54,925 nt of DNA from a virus. Its lineage: Duplodnaviria; Caudoviricetes. The translations under genes and the position numbers were made by a program. The notes below the pieces were generated by a model. That model was not told the DNA's origin. It did no database searches and worked only from the letters and a program-made list of their open reading frames with translations. The stretch spans positions 1 to 54,925 of IMG/VR virus record IMGVR_UViG_3300020021_000017; one strand, written 5' to 3'. Numbering within the stretch: the stretch's first letter is position 1; every line of letters begins with the position of its first letter. This document shows, piece by piece, positions 9,624 to 18,363 of the stretch.

Positions 9624-9953
9624 TCAACCCGCCACTGGAATAGGTTCACTAGGAATAGTGGACTGTGCTGAAGTGGTAGCCAGACTTACTTCAACAACAG
9701 GAGTTGGGTTAGTAGAAGGAGTTTCAGGAGTTGCGGGAATAGATGCTTGCTCTTGGAGTTTTGACAACTCAGTAAACAAAGTTTCAATCTTCGTTCCGAG
9801 AAGGCGAGACTGGACGATTGCATGTCCTAACTCCGCGCATTTATTGCCATATTGTTGTTTCAAGTTTTCGTTATTCATTAATTTGATCCCCGTTTTTTTA
9901 CTGTTTTTTTCCGCGATTAACCTTAACCGCTTCGTTTGTGAATACTTTGACAT
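9624..9953 (-). CDS. Hypothetical coiled-coil protein (start probably the ATG near 9878)
   Basis: QQYGNKCAELGH coiled coil; P/T-rich tail. Confidence 0.55.
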   Translation of the reverse strand: MSKYSQTKRLRLIAEKNSKKTGIKLMNNENLKQQYGNKCAELGHAIVQSRLLGTKIETLFTELSKLQEQASIPATPETPSTNPTPVVEVSLATTSAQSTIPSEPIPVAG

Positions 9954-10125
9954 TTTCTTTCAATTCTCCGTTAATCGCTATAATTATAGGAAATATTTCT
10001 AATTTTGTTTTATGAAAAATACCTTGATGAATATCTATCCAATTATGGGCGCCTATTTTAGCGAAACAAGTGGAGGTTGCTTTAGACTTATCAAAAAACT
10101 CATATATATTATAAGACTTAATCAA
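9898..10125 (-). CDS. Hypothetical protein
   Basis: Start overlaps the upstream stop. Confidence 0.5.
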   Translation of the reverse strand: MIKSYNIYEFFDKSKATSTCFAKIGAHNWIDIHQGIFHKTKLEIFPIIIAINGELKENVKVFTNEAVKVNRGKKQ

Positions 10126-10583
10126 AAACTTAACCCGACCATTATACCAAATGCTGGACTATTTGTAACTTGCAAGCCTAGAGTAAATGGTCCTAGAACT
10201 GATTTAGTTAAGTAAGCACCATAACTAATTCTACCGTTAGACAAATCAATAGTACTGAGAGCGCCAATATTGAGAGTACCTTTATCGTAAGACTTTGTGC
10301 TAGTTGCCTCCGCCGTGCTATTTTCATTTGATATCTCTTCAGACTGATCACTTTCGACACTGAGATCCTTCGTGGTGGTTATGGTCGAGCCATCTACCGC
10401 CTTAGTGACAACAGTAACAATGTTGTCATGTTTAATAGTTTGTGTATCATGAACAACTTGCATTTCCGTCTGTATTTTGGTTTCTGTTACAATTTTAGCT
10501 GGAAGGGAATAATAACCAATTGCAATTCCAACTACAGTGCATATAATAGAAGTAATTATTGTATTTTTAAGACTTATTTGCAT
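10122..10583 (-). CDS. Membrane-anchored protein with C-terminal beta strands ending in Phe
   Basis: N-terminal TM helix; amphipathic strands ending ...GIMVGLSF. Confidence 0.65.
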   Translation of the reverse strand: MQISLKNTIITSIICTVVGIAIGYYSLPAKIVTETKIQTEMQVVHDTQTIKHDNIVTVVTKAVDGSTITTTKDLSVESDQSEEISNENSTAEATSTKSYDKGTLNIGALSTIDLSNGRISYGAYLTKSVLGPFTLGLQVTNSPAFGIMVGLSF

Positions 10584-10813
10584 TTACAATCACAGTGTTT
10601 TTTAGTTTTGACTTTAATCTTTCGGCATTGTTGAACAACTGGATAACTTGCATCAAAAGAAGTAAGTTTGTCATAACCCTTTTGATCGGTGTAAAGAGCT
10701 TTTCCATTCTCAACAACTTTTGTAACTTTACAGACTACTCTTGTAGGTACTAAATCACCATTAAGACTATAAACAGCTATTTTATCACCAATTTTAAATT
10801 TAGATTTATTCAT
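10574..10813 (-). CDS. Small SH3-like hypothetical protein
   Basis: KFKIGDKI start typical of phage SH3-like proteins. Confidence 0.55.
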   Translation of the reverse strand: MNKSKFKIGDKIAVYSLNGDLVPTRVVCKVTKVVENGKALYTDQKGYDKLTSFDASYPVVQQCRKIKVKTKKHCDCKCK

Positions 10814-11067
10814 TTCTTCTTACCGTTCTCTTCAATAAGTTTAGTAGCTTCAGCCTTTAGTTCTGCCTCATTCATTTTCTTCAATCGTTCCATTTCGGCA
10901 TCTGGAATGGTCTCTAGTTCCTTTAATACTTTGATATAAGCAACTAGATCACGAGCGCTAGACGCATCTAGCTTGGTACGAGAAACAGAGGTAAAAATGT
11001 GATTAATATCGCGTCGCATTGACTCTGTTGCTTTTTCCATCAAGTTTTGTATTAACTCTTTATCCAT
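10810..11067 (-). CDS. First gene of packaging operon; possible small terminase subunit
   Basis: Small helical protein at the operon head; function inferred from position only. Confidence 0.45.
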   Translation of the reverse strand: MDKELIQNLMEKATESMRRDINHIFTSVSRTKLDASSARDLVAYIKVLKELETIPDAEMERLKKMNEAELKAEATKLIEENGKKK

Positions 11068-11073
11068 ACTCTT

Positions 11074-11102
11074 AATATATACATCTTTAGCATAGTTGTC
11101 AA
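11074..11102 (-). promoter_or_regulatory. Sigma70-type promoter TTGACA-17-TATATT for the packaging operon
   Basis: Near-consensus boxes and spacing; predicted +1 falls on the ATG at 11067. Confidence 0.8.
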
Positions 11103-11134
11103 CATTTAGTTTACTTTTGTACTTGTACGTATAC

Positions 11135-11500
11135 CAGCAGTTGTCCCACAGGCATGAGGGTAAACTCTTTGTAACCGATCAGCTACAATACATATCTAAT
11201 AGGCGGTGCTATCCAAGCTGCCTAAACCCACCTACAGTACCCTGTCAGTCGCCCTTTGCACTCTCACTGCATGCCCATTAGCACCATTAATGCAGTCTGC
11301 AAAGAAACTATCTGGCATATTTCTATTGTCTCTAGCGCCAGGGAAAGATTCGGGCGAGATATGTAAGCGCCCTGCGGCCTATTTAGCACTAGAGGCATGT
11401 AGCTTTCGGTCCTGTTTAGCAGGGCCGCTCTTACGATTAGGGAAGCATTTACCCCTAACTTTTAGGCTTTATTTAAAGAGGCAGGAAAGCACTAAACAAA
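11135..11500 (+). ncRNA. Candidate large structured non-coding RNA A (~360 nt)
   Basis: About 10 helices with G-U pairs on the + strand, two long-range pairings, GC-richer than flanks, no credible ORF. Confidence 0.7.
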
Positions 11501-11864
11501 CCCGCTATCTCCTTCATATCACAAAACCCCTGCAAATACAAGTTTACATATAGAAGATTATGTGTAAAGATAGAGTAATGAACTTTATCTCTGGTACTAA
11601 AAGTGATGTAGGTAATCTTATGGTTGGCACAGTATTACTGCTAGGGATCATGGTATTATGCACTCTATATTAGAGAGCTTACGATTTGGGTTAGAACAAC
11701 TTTTATTAGATGGGACGTGGCTTATGAATTACTTTGCGTTTCTAGCCAGTAGGTTTGCGATTCGAGTACTTAAAGGTGGAATAAATCGTTGGGAACTAAT
11801 TATTTACTTGCTCTCAATTATCTTTATTGTGTACTATATATAGATAGGAGACCTTATACTGAGA

Positions 11865-12104
11865 ATGAAGAGAAGTCGAAGTAGTCAAGAAAAAATAAAA
11901 ATGATTGTATATGTAGTTATAGCTGAAGCGGCAGATTATGGTGAACCAACGGACATTATTAAAGTATTCTCCATGCGAGAAAAAGCAGAAGCGTTTAAGG
12001 ATTTGAATACTAGAGCAGATATGCCTTTTGGTGAAAAAGATATCTACTCTGGTGATCATGGGTTTCAACGTTTAGTAATTTACGAATTTAAATTGGACGA
12101 ATAA
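11865..12104 (+). CDS. Small hypothetical protein
   Basis: VYVV....IIKVFSMREKAE phage small-protein pattern. Confidence 0.6.
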   Translation: MKRSRSSQEKIKMIVYVVIAEAADYGEPTDIIKVFSMREKAEAFKDLNTRADMPFGEKDIYSGDHGFQRLVIYEFKLDE

Positions 12105-12107
12105 AAT

Positions 12108-12311
12108 ATGTTTGTATTCAGATGCAGTAGACAAGGTTGCGATTTACTTTTTCCTACAGGAGGTGAGGCACAGAACCATGCTGAAACAGAATTACATTGC
12201 GAAATGTGTAACTTTTCTATTCGTAAACCAATGACACCAATGAATATCCATTCAATTTGTACTGATTGTCAACAAGATTTAAACAGGAAACATGAAAATG
12301 TCCAAAGATAA
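12108..12311 (+). CDS. Zn-finger protein
   Basis: C-x4-C...H-x4-H, CxxC, CxxC. Confidence 0.6.
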   Translation: MFVFRCSRQGCDLLFPTGGEAQNHAETELHCEMCNFSIRKPMTPMNIHSICTDCQQDLNRKHENVQR

Positions 12312-12804
12312 TAAACCTACTTATTACTGTAGTCCAGGGGGATTAATGTCACAAGATTACCTGCACAAACTCCAAGCTATTATGAAGGCAGCCTCCAATG
12401 TTCCTTCACTGCAGGGACAACAAGATTCTACTGAATCCAGTGTATTAATAGGCGGAGACGATAAACTAACACACCCTTTAGATATACAGGCTGCTAAGAT
12501 GTATGAAGAGGACAAAATTGAAAGTATGGAAGCAAAGTTAAAGAAGTTGAACTATTCTCTAGTGCCGCCAGAACCAATTGAATCTGTAGTACGAGTTCTA
12601 ATGTTTGGGGCGAAAAAGCATTCTATTGGTGGATGGAAGAAATATCCAGATCCAGTTATTTATACTAATGCAATTGAACGTCATCTGGCCTGTATTAAGA
12701 AAGGTGAATTAATCGATCCTGAAACAGGTGAATCTCACTATGCAGCAATCTTGTGTAGCGGGATATTTTTGGAATGGCATCGTTTGAATGGGGAGAAGAA
12801 ATGA
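12292..12804 (+). CDS. dATP/dGTP diphosphohydrolase N-terminal domain (DUF5664-like) protein
   Basis: YSLVP...VVRVLMFGAKKH...W....AIERHL.....GELIDPETGESH. Confidence 0.8.
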   Translation: MKMSKDNKPTYYCSPGGLMSQDYLHKLQAIMKAASNVPSLQGQQDSTESSVLIGGDDKLTHPLDIQAAKMYEEDKIESMEAKLKKLNYSLVPPEPIESVVRVLMFGAKKHSIGGWKKYPDPVIYTNAIERHLACIKKGELIDPETGESHYAAILCSGIFLEWHRLNGEKK

Positions 12805-13379
12805 ATTTCAATGATCTCGAATTTAAGGCGGAGGATTTTGAATCCGTCATTAATTTCCTGGAGCCACGTATGACCTTCATAGGCGCGGACGATAAGAAGG
12901 TCATTACGAAATACACAAATGAGTACCTCCGTGACTTAGTTAACCGTCTCCTCCGCGAGCGGCTGGGGAAATTCCATAAGGATGAAGAACTGTATGTAGC
13001 CTATGGCAATCAAGGCATCCGATTGCATGACGTGGAAGTTAAACTTGCCGAAGCGAATAACAAAATCGACGCTTGGAAATCACGCGCTGCCATTAACGGC
13101 AAAATCGCCATTAGAAATACGGAAAAAGTGGACGAAGTGAGAGACGAAGCAAAAGAGGTTATCGAGACGCTATTGGAGTTGATCGATCTGAAAGATGAAG
13201 CTTTGAAGTTCTACGCGGATGGGGCTAACTGGACGACGAACGATGACGAATTTCACTTTATCAAAGTCGGCGATAGAGACTGGTCTAAAGAAGATGCGGG
13301 CTTTGTCGGTGGAAAGATTGCCCGCGAAGCGTTGGGGGAAGAAAGATTAGTATCTAAATTAATAAGAGGTAAGAAATGA
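12801..13379 (+). CDS. Hypothetical coiled-coil protein, compositionally foreign
   Basis: EALKFYAD...GGKIAREAL motif; visibly more G/C-ending codons than neighbours. Confidence 0.7.
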   Translation: MNFNDLEFKAEDFESVINFLEPRMTFIGADDKKVITKYTNEYLRDLVNRLLRERLGKFHKDEELYVAYGNQGIRLHDVEVKLAEANNKIDAWKSRAAINGKIAIRNTEKVDEVRDEAKEVIETLLELIDLKDEALKFYADGANWTTNDDEFHFIKVGDRDWSKEDAGFVGGKIAREALGEERLVSKLIRGKK

Positions 13380-13484
13380 GATTTAAGGTTGGTATGAAAC
13401 TTTTAGGTTTCCTTTTTTGCATTAATAGACTATTATCTAAGTTACAGGTTTGTATTATTGCTTGGATGACTAAAGGTATATTTT

Positions 13485-14084
13485 ATGAATAATGAGAATC
13501 GAGAGGTAGAGAAAAAATTTATTATACGAGGATTGCTACTTGATGATATTAATGAAATACTAATGAATTTCATTCCCAAAACTACCATTGAGCGCTACAT
13601 CAATCCCTGTACAACTACTGATTTCTATTGGAAAGTTCCAGTTAATTCTGAATTGAATACGGGTGGCATTCAGGCTCAGTTTGTGCGCCTTCGAGATTCT
13701 TGGGGTGTCGGTTCCGATGGATTCAGTCGCCAGTTGAAAGAGATCACAATTAAGGCAAAAGACAAAGATACTAACGTTGATCGCTTGGAACTTAACATTG
13801 CAATTGATGATGTTGCAAAAGCCAAGATGTTTCTGAATTTAGTGCTTGGACCTTCTAAGTCTATTCAAAAAGAAGAATGTGTAATTTTTATAAAAGAAAT
13901 GGGTGCAAACGGTCTAGTTGTAATTTCCCTGGCCCAGATCAAAGGGGAGCAGCAGGTTTATTTGGAGATTGAAGGACAAAGCGAAGAAGTAATTAATCTA
14001 TATGTTACTAAACTACAGAAAAAATTAGAATTCTTTCAAGAGGAGAAATCTCTATATGAAATCTACATCGAAAAAGCCTTTTAG
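13485..14084 (+). CDS. CYTH-family triphosphate tunnel metalloenzyme (class IV adenylate cyclase / triphosphatase-like)
   Basis: N-terminal ExExK (EVEKK), DFYW, VRLR, ITIK, RLELN, YLEIEG, SLYE. Confidence 0.8.
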   Translation: MNNENREVEKKFIIRGLLLDDINEILMNFIPKTTIERYINPCTTTDFYWKVPVNSELNTGGIQAQFVRLRDSWGVGSDGFSRQLKEITIKAKDKDTNVDRLELNIAIDDVAKAKMFLNLVLGPSKSIQKEECVIFIKEMGANGLVVISLAQIKGEQQVYLEIEGQSEEVINLYVTKLQKKLEFFQEEKSLYEIYIEKAF

Positions 14085-14307
14085 CATTAAAAGAATTTTA
14101 GATTTGAATGCCCATCTAATTATTGCATTTACTCTCATTGGCATTGGAACCTATTTCCTATCGGGTAAGATAGGATTTGGTATATGGTGTATAATTGTAG
14201 GATTATGTCAATTTTTATGATATCATTTATAATAGGTTTTATTATAGGATTTTTGATAGTACAAATATTTTTTATCATATTTACAAATAAATAATAAAAG
14301 GTGGGTT

Positions 14308-15243
14308 ATGGAAATAATGAGTATTTTTAGAAAGTTCTTTGCGGAGTTTAAAACTCCTCGCCTTCGTGACCGTAGGGAACACTACGCATCAAGTATCATG
14401 TCAGATCTTAGGGACCAGTATTGGGCATTAACCGGCGAACCAGAGACTAATCCTTCCGACACTGCGGGAAGAGTTAAGATGTTTCTAGGTAACGCTATTG
14501 AAAAAGAACTTAAAGACGAAATCCTTTCTAATCTGCACTTCTTTGGTCTACACCTACTTGGGACGCAGGTTCCTGCTGGCCTCGATAACCCTAATTTCAA
14601 CATGTATTATGATGCTGTTGTTACTGAGCGCGATGGTGCCAAATGGGGCAAAAAATATATCCTGGAAGTCAAAAGTAAAAGCGGCATTGGTGCTGACATG
14701 TTTATGCGATCTTTTGATCCCGGTGATTCTTATATGGCCCAAATGGCTTTGTATCTGCATACTTCACATTTGAAAGGATTGACGGATGAAGGCATTTTTA
14801 TCTTTGTTCCTCTCTCTAATGATACTATCGGCGATATTGTTGCAATCTACTGCAAATACGACCCGTCCACTAGATTTATTACTGCGCATTATGCAACGAC
14901 ACTATCAGGACACGAACAGAAAATAAATTTTATTTTTAATGTTGACTTAGCAATTGAACGTGCTAAATTAATAGATACGGCAGTCAAAAATAAACAAGAA
15001 CCAGCGGGGGAATTTATTTATAAATTTCCTCTTAATGAAGATTACCTTAAGAACGTTTCTGATTTTCAACTTGAAAAGGCTGCAAAAGGTAATGTAGTGT
15101 TGGGCGACTGGCAGGTTAAGTATAGCCGATGGAAAGATAAGATTTTGAAACAAGAAAATATTGAACCAGGTTACTCAAAGGCAGAATTAGAAATTCTTGT
15201 TGCTGAATATAAACGACGTCATCCGAAGAGTAAGAAGTTTTAA
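14308..15243 (+). CDS. PD-(D/E)XK Cas4-like nuclease
   Basis: YASS...R..YW, YDAV, ILEVKS, QMALY. Confidence 0.75.
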   Translation: MEIMSIFRKFFAEFKTPRLRDRREHYASSIMSDLRDQYWALTGEPETNPSDTAGRVKMFLGNAIEKELKDEILSNLHFFGLHLLGTQVPAGLDNPNFNMYYDAVVTERDGAKWGKKYILEVKSKSGIGADMFMRSFDPGDSYMAQMALYLHTSHLKGLTDEGIFIFVPLSNDTIGDIVAIYCKYDPSTRFITAHYATTLSGHEQKINFIFNVDLAIERAKLIDTAVKNKQEPAGEFIYKFPLNEDYLKNVSDFQLEKAAKGNVVLGDWQVKYSRWKDKILKQENIEPGYSKAELEILVAEYKRRHPKSKKF

Positions 15244-15345
15244 TAGTATTCCGAAGGGGAATGTCGGGTAGGCAGCGAATCTTATAAATACCTACCCAAA
15301 TTTTAATAAACCACGAAGCCTTAGGGCTGAGTATGAATGGAGTGA

Positions 15346-15792
15346 ATGAGTATGAAGGAACTTAAAGTAGTTGGTGGTGTAGTAAAGGAAGAGATCTTGA
15401 TGTATTATCAACCTAATGCACCTAAGACGCCTCATGCCAAAGTGAAAGCTTTGACTGTTGGTAAACCAATCTTGGGAACGTATGAAGGATCATTTGTTAA
15501 CAAGTTCGATAAGCGCAATCACCGCATTAAGACTTCCAAAGGTCTCATTGCAGTTGTTGGTTCTGCTGGTCTTGACAAGGATATGGTTCAAGTTGACCTT
15601 GGTGCGGATATCTCTGTAATGTATAAGGGTACTAAAGAGATTAAGTCGGGAATGTATAAGGGAAAGAAAGCTCATAGTTACGAAGTTAAGGCTAGTTCTT
15701 TTGACGCAAATCGTAAAGTTGAGGTTAAAGCCGCGCTTAAAGTAGCTGCTCCTGTAATTGATACCGAGGTGGACGATAACGATCCTTTTTAA
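15346..15792 (+). CDS. Single-stranded DNA-binding protein (OB fold)
   Basis: Acidic C-terminus ending DDNDPF; located in replication cluster. Confidence 0.7.
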   Translation: MSMKELKVVGGVVKEEILMYYQPNAPKTPHAKVKALTVGKPILGTYEGSFVNKFDKRNHRIKTSKGLIAVVGSAGLDKDMVQVDLGADISVMYKGTKEIKSGMYKGKKAHSYEVKASSFDANRKVEVKAALKVAAPVIDTEVDDNDPF

Positions 15793-15882
15793 ATAAGTTT
15801 GCCAGTCCTTAATTGGGTAAATGATACTTATATCAACTGGTAATAATTCAGTGGGGTTTGAACTTTTGTTCAGCCATCTAGC

Positions 15883-15914
15883 GCCTCAGTAGATTCCGTC
15901 TCTGGGGCATTTTT
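15883..15914 (+). terminator. Possible intrinsic terminator after SSB
   Basis: GCCTCAG...CTGGGGC stem followed by ATTTTT. Confidence 0.4.
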
Positions 15915-16197
15915 GTCTGGAGGATTTATGTTAAAGAAAAAACCTACACTCAAGAACCGAAACACGGAACTTGATTTAATTGAAAAATCTATAAAACTTA
16001 AAGACGGTAAGTATCGATTAGATTTCGGTGAATATGGTTCTTGTGGGCATATTACCGTTTATCAGCTAACAAAAGATACCGAAGGACAAAACTATTACGA
16101 ACAAACACATAGTTTTACTACTGATAACGTACCTACAATTCGTAGTTCAACCAAAGGTATTTTCCTGCTTTTAAAAGATCTCTACTTCTCAGAGTAA
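15913..16197 (+). CDS. Hypothetical protein (start probably the ATG at 15928)
   Basis: GGAGG RBS before MLKKK. Confidence 0.6.
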   Translation: MSGGFMLKKKPTLKNRNTELDLIEKSIKLKDGKYRLDFGEYGSCGHITVYQLTKDTEGQNYYEQTHSFTTDNVPTIRSSTKGIFLLLKDLYFSE

Positions 16198-16200
16198 TTT

Positions 16201-16533
16201 ATGAATGCCCTGGACCTAACTAAATTATTCGCGTGTACTTGGAAAGAGCGGTACGGAAAGCCCTATACAATAAATTTTGGTCGCGATTCGTCGATGTTTA
16301 AAACATTGTTGACAGACTTTACAGACCTAGATATTCAAGATATGATCAAGTTCTATTTATTCGAATTACAGAGCACTTTTGCTATTGAAGGTGGGCATAC
16401 AACTGCAATATTTAAATATTGTATACCACAAATAATTGCCGAAATGCAAAGATATAAGAAAATCGAAGAAGCAGCAAAGAACGTTGATAAAACAGATTTT
16501 CAGCGTTTGCAAGAAGCTAGAAAGAAGCTATGA
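16201..16533 (+). CDS. Putative replication initiator / helicase-loader-like protein
   Basis: Helical protein translationally coupled (ATGA) to the helicase. Confidence 0.5.
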   Translation: MNALDLTKLFACTWKERYGKPYTINFGRDSSMFKTLLTDFTDLDIQDMIKFYLFELQSTFAIEGGHTTAIFKYCIPQIIAEMQRYKKIEEAAKNVDKTDFQRLQEARKKL

Positions 16534-17363
16534 AATCTTTAGAAGAAGCCTGTATAAGGACTAATTGGGATTCTTTTGTATCTTATTTAGATCGCAGGGT
16601 GTCGGGCATTCAGACGGGTATTACAGCCCTAGATTCATATTTACTTGGTCTGGGCGGTGTAACTGTGATCCAAGGAGATACTGGAACAAATAAATCCACC
16701 CTTATGTTGCAAATTGCTCTTCATCAATTAATGCAAGGAAATCCAGCGCTTATTATAGATCGTGAAAACGGTCAAGGTAGACTTCGCAGTCGTCTAACTT
16801 GCCAACTTAACGGCATTTCTGAAACAGACTTGCTTGTAGGAACTAGAGAGCAAAGATTATTTTGGGTTAAGCCAGTTACAAGACTACCTTTTTATATTTA
16901 CACTGAGAGCGTTTCTGATTTTGTAATTCTAGAAACCCGCATAAAAGAAATGGCAGACCTTTACCCAGACAAACCCCTGCTCCTAATCATAGATTCTCTA
17001 CAAGCTCTTGTCCCAGTTAACGAGGACCAAAGAGTTAGCCTCGAGAAATGGCTTTATTGGGCCGATGGGATGAAGGTACAATATGACGGTAGGTTGACTA
17101 TCCTAGCAACTTCAGAGGTTCGTAGAGCCTCTTATGAGGTTAAGGAGGCAATAGGACGGGCTAAAGGAACTAACGCGGTGGAATACAAAGCAGAAGTACT
17201 TTTGAACTTAAAAGAGGTTGCTGACACAGGTGAGATTAAAGTTGAAGTTGCAAAGAATCGTGATAATATTAAAGGTGCGACAATACTTTTACGCAAGGTT
17301 TTTGCAGATCCAAGTAATAATAGAAGTTTTACTTTTTGCTTAGAAGGAGCGGATGAATTATGA
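16530..17363 (+). CDS. DnaB-like (SF4) helicase, ATPase domain only
   Basis: IQTG...LD, variant Walker A GDTGTNKST, IIDSLQ, KNR. Confidence 0.85.
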   Translation: MKSLEEACIRTNWDSFVSYLDRRVSGIQTGITALDSYLLGLGGVTVIQGDTGTNKSTLMLQIALHQLMQGNPALIIDRENGQGRLRSRLTCQLNGISETDLLVGTREQRLFWVKPVTRLPFYIYTESVSDFVILETRIKEMADLYPDKPLLLIIDSLQALVPVNEDQRVSLEKWLYWADGMKVQYDGRLTILATSEVRRASYEVKEAIGRAKGTNAVEYKAEVLLNLKEVADTGEIKVEVAKNRDNIKGATILLRKVFADPSNNRSFTFCLEGADEL

Positions 17364-18172
17364 TTTGTAGTCTTTGTAACATGGAAGCAATTGTAAATCA
17401 AGCTGAAGGGAAAGAATTCTTTTACTGCCGAACTTGTAAGATTGAGCCAACAGAAAAGAGAGATATAAACTATCCCATCTTACCTCCAGGTTCTATACAT
17501 TATAATGCAAATACTTTCCCCGGTTCCGTTAATCCCTCTTTCGGACCATTGATCCCCGCTTCCCGAGCATTCTTTGATAATGTTTCTAAAATCCAATCTT
17601 CGCCGCATCAGTTAGGTTCCGCTCTTAGAATTCCGTTCACGATAACAACACAAACGGGATTGCTCCCATCTTCGCCGCATCACTTGCTTTCTTTATCGAC
17701 ACCAATAGTTTTGTGGTGGCTTATTCCAGCCGATCTAAATCCCTTCTCAGTTTACTTAAATAAATGGCTACCCGGTTCCTTACAACTTAGTACGCTACCT
17801 GATATATTTTATGGTATTGATCGCAATCTTGATCGAATACAATTGGCTGGAAATTGGTATGACGGGACAGGCAAAACTATAGAAGAAGGTATAATAAATT
17901 TATCTTATGATATTATGCAAAGAGGAGGAAATGTAGACACAGTATTCATGCATTTAACAGATTTTACTAATCTTTGTAAACATTTAGGGAATTTCTCTCC
18001 CATTTCATATCATACAATAATCTATAGCCACTCCAAAATTAATGTATATCCTGATTCAGATTGTCCAAAAGGTTTTGTTTATCTAGTTCAAATGAATACT
18101 TGGGAATACAGTCTTAATTTTAATGCACTTTACTGCACTAATCTTGCATTCAATGGAGTATTGAAACTATGA
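17360..18172 (+). CDS. Zn-ribbon fused to an internally deleted major capsid protein paralogue
   Basis: N-terminal CxxC...CxxC; four collinear blocks align by eye to the MCP at 45997..47292. Confidence 0.8.
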   Translation: MICSLCNMEAIVNQAEGKEFFYCRTCKIEPTEKRDINYPILPPGSIHYNANTFPGSVNPSFGPLIPASRAFFDNVSKIQSSPHQLGSALRIPFTITTQTGLLPSSPHHLLSLSTPIVLWWLIPADLNPFSVYLNKWLPGSLQLSTLPDIFYGIDRNLDRIQLAGNWYDGTGKTIEEGIINLSYDIMQRGGNVDTVFMHLTDFTNLCKHLGNFSPISYHTIIYSHSKINVYPDSDCPKGFVYLVQMNTWEYSLNFNALYCTNLAFNGVLKL

Positions 18173-18363
18173 AGAAGCCAATTATTCGTTGTGAACGCTG
18201 TCATCATGAAGGAAGAGTAGAAAAATTACATTGTTTCGTTTGTGCTGGTTGCAAGAGAGTGGTAGAGTATAAGAATACTGACAAGAAACTTTTTGTGGAA
18301 ATTGATTTAGGACTGTGCAATCCGTGTCATGAAAGATGTCCTCATAGACCAGAAGGAATGTAA
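18169..18363 (+). CDS. Small Zn-finger protein
   Basis: Several CxxC motifs. Confidence 0.6.
   Translation: MKKPIIRCERCHHEGRVEKLHCFVCAGCKRVVEYKNTDKKLFVEIDLGLCNPCHERCPHRPEGM

Noticed and set aside
11096-11553. ORFs 11096..11281 and 11206..11553
   Set aside because: No RBS, weak starts and atypical composition; the region is better explained as structured RNA.
12292-12804. Z-genome (2-aminoadenine) pathway
   Set aside because: No PurZ or HD-family dATPase found; the diphosphohydrolase domain alone is widespread.
14308-15243. CRISPR-associated Cas4
   Set aside because: It stands alone next to SSB and helicase, typical of a phage recombination nuclease; no array or cas1/cas2.
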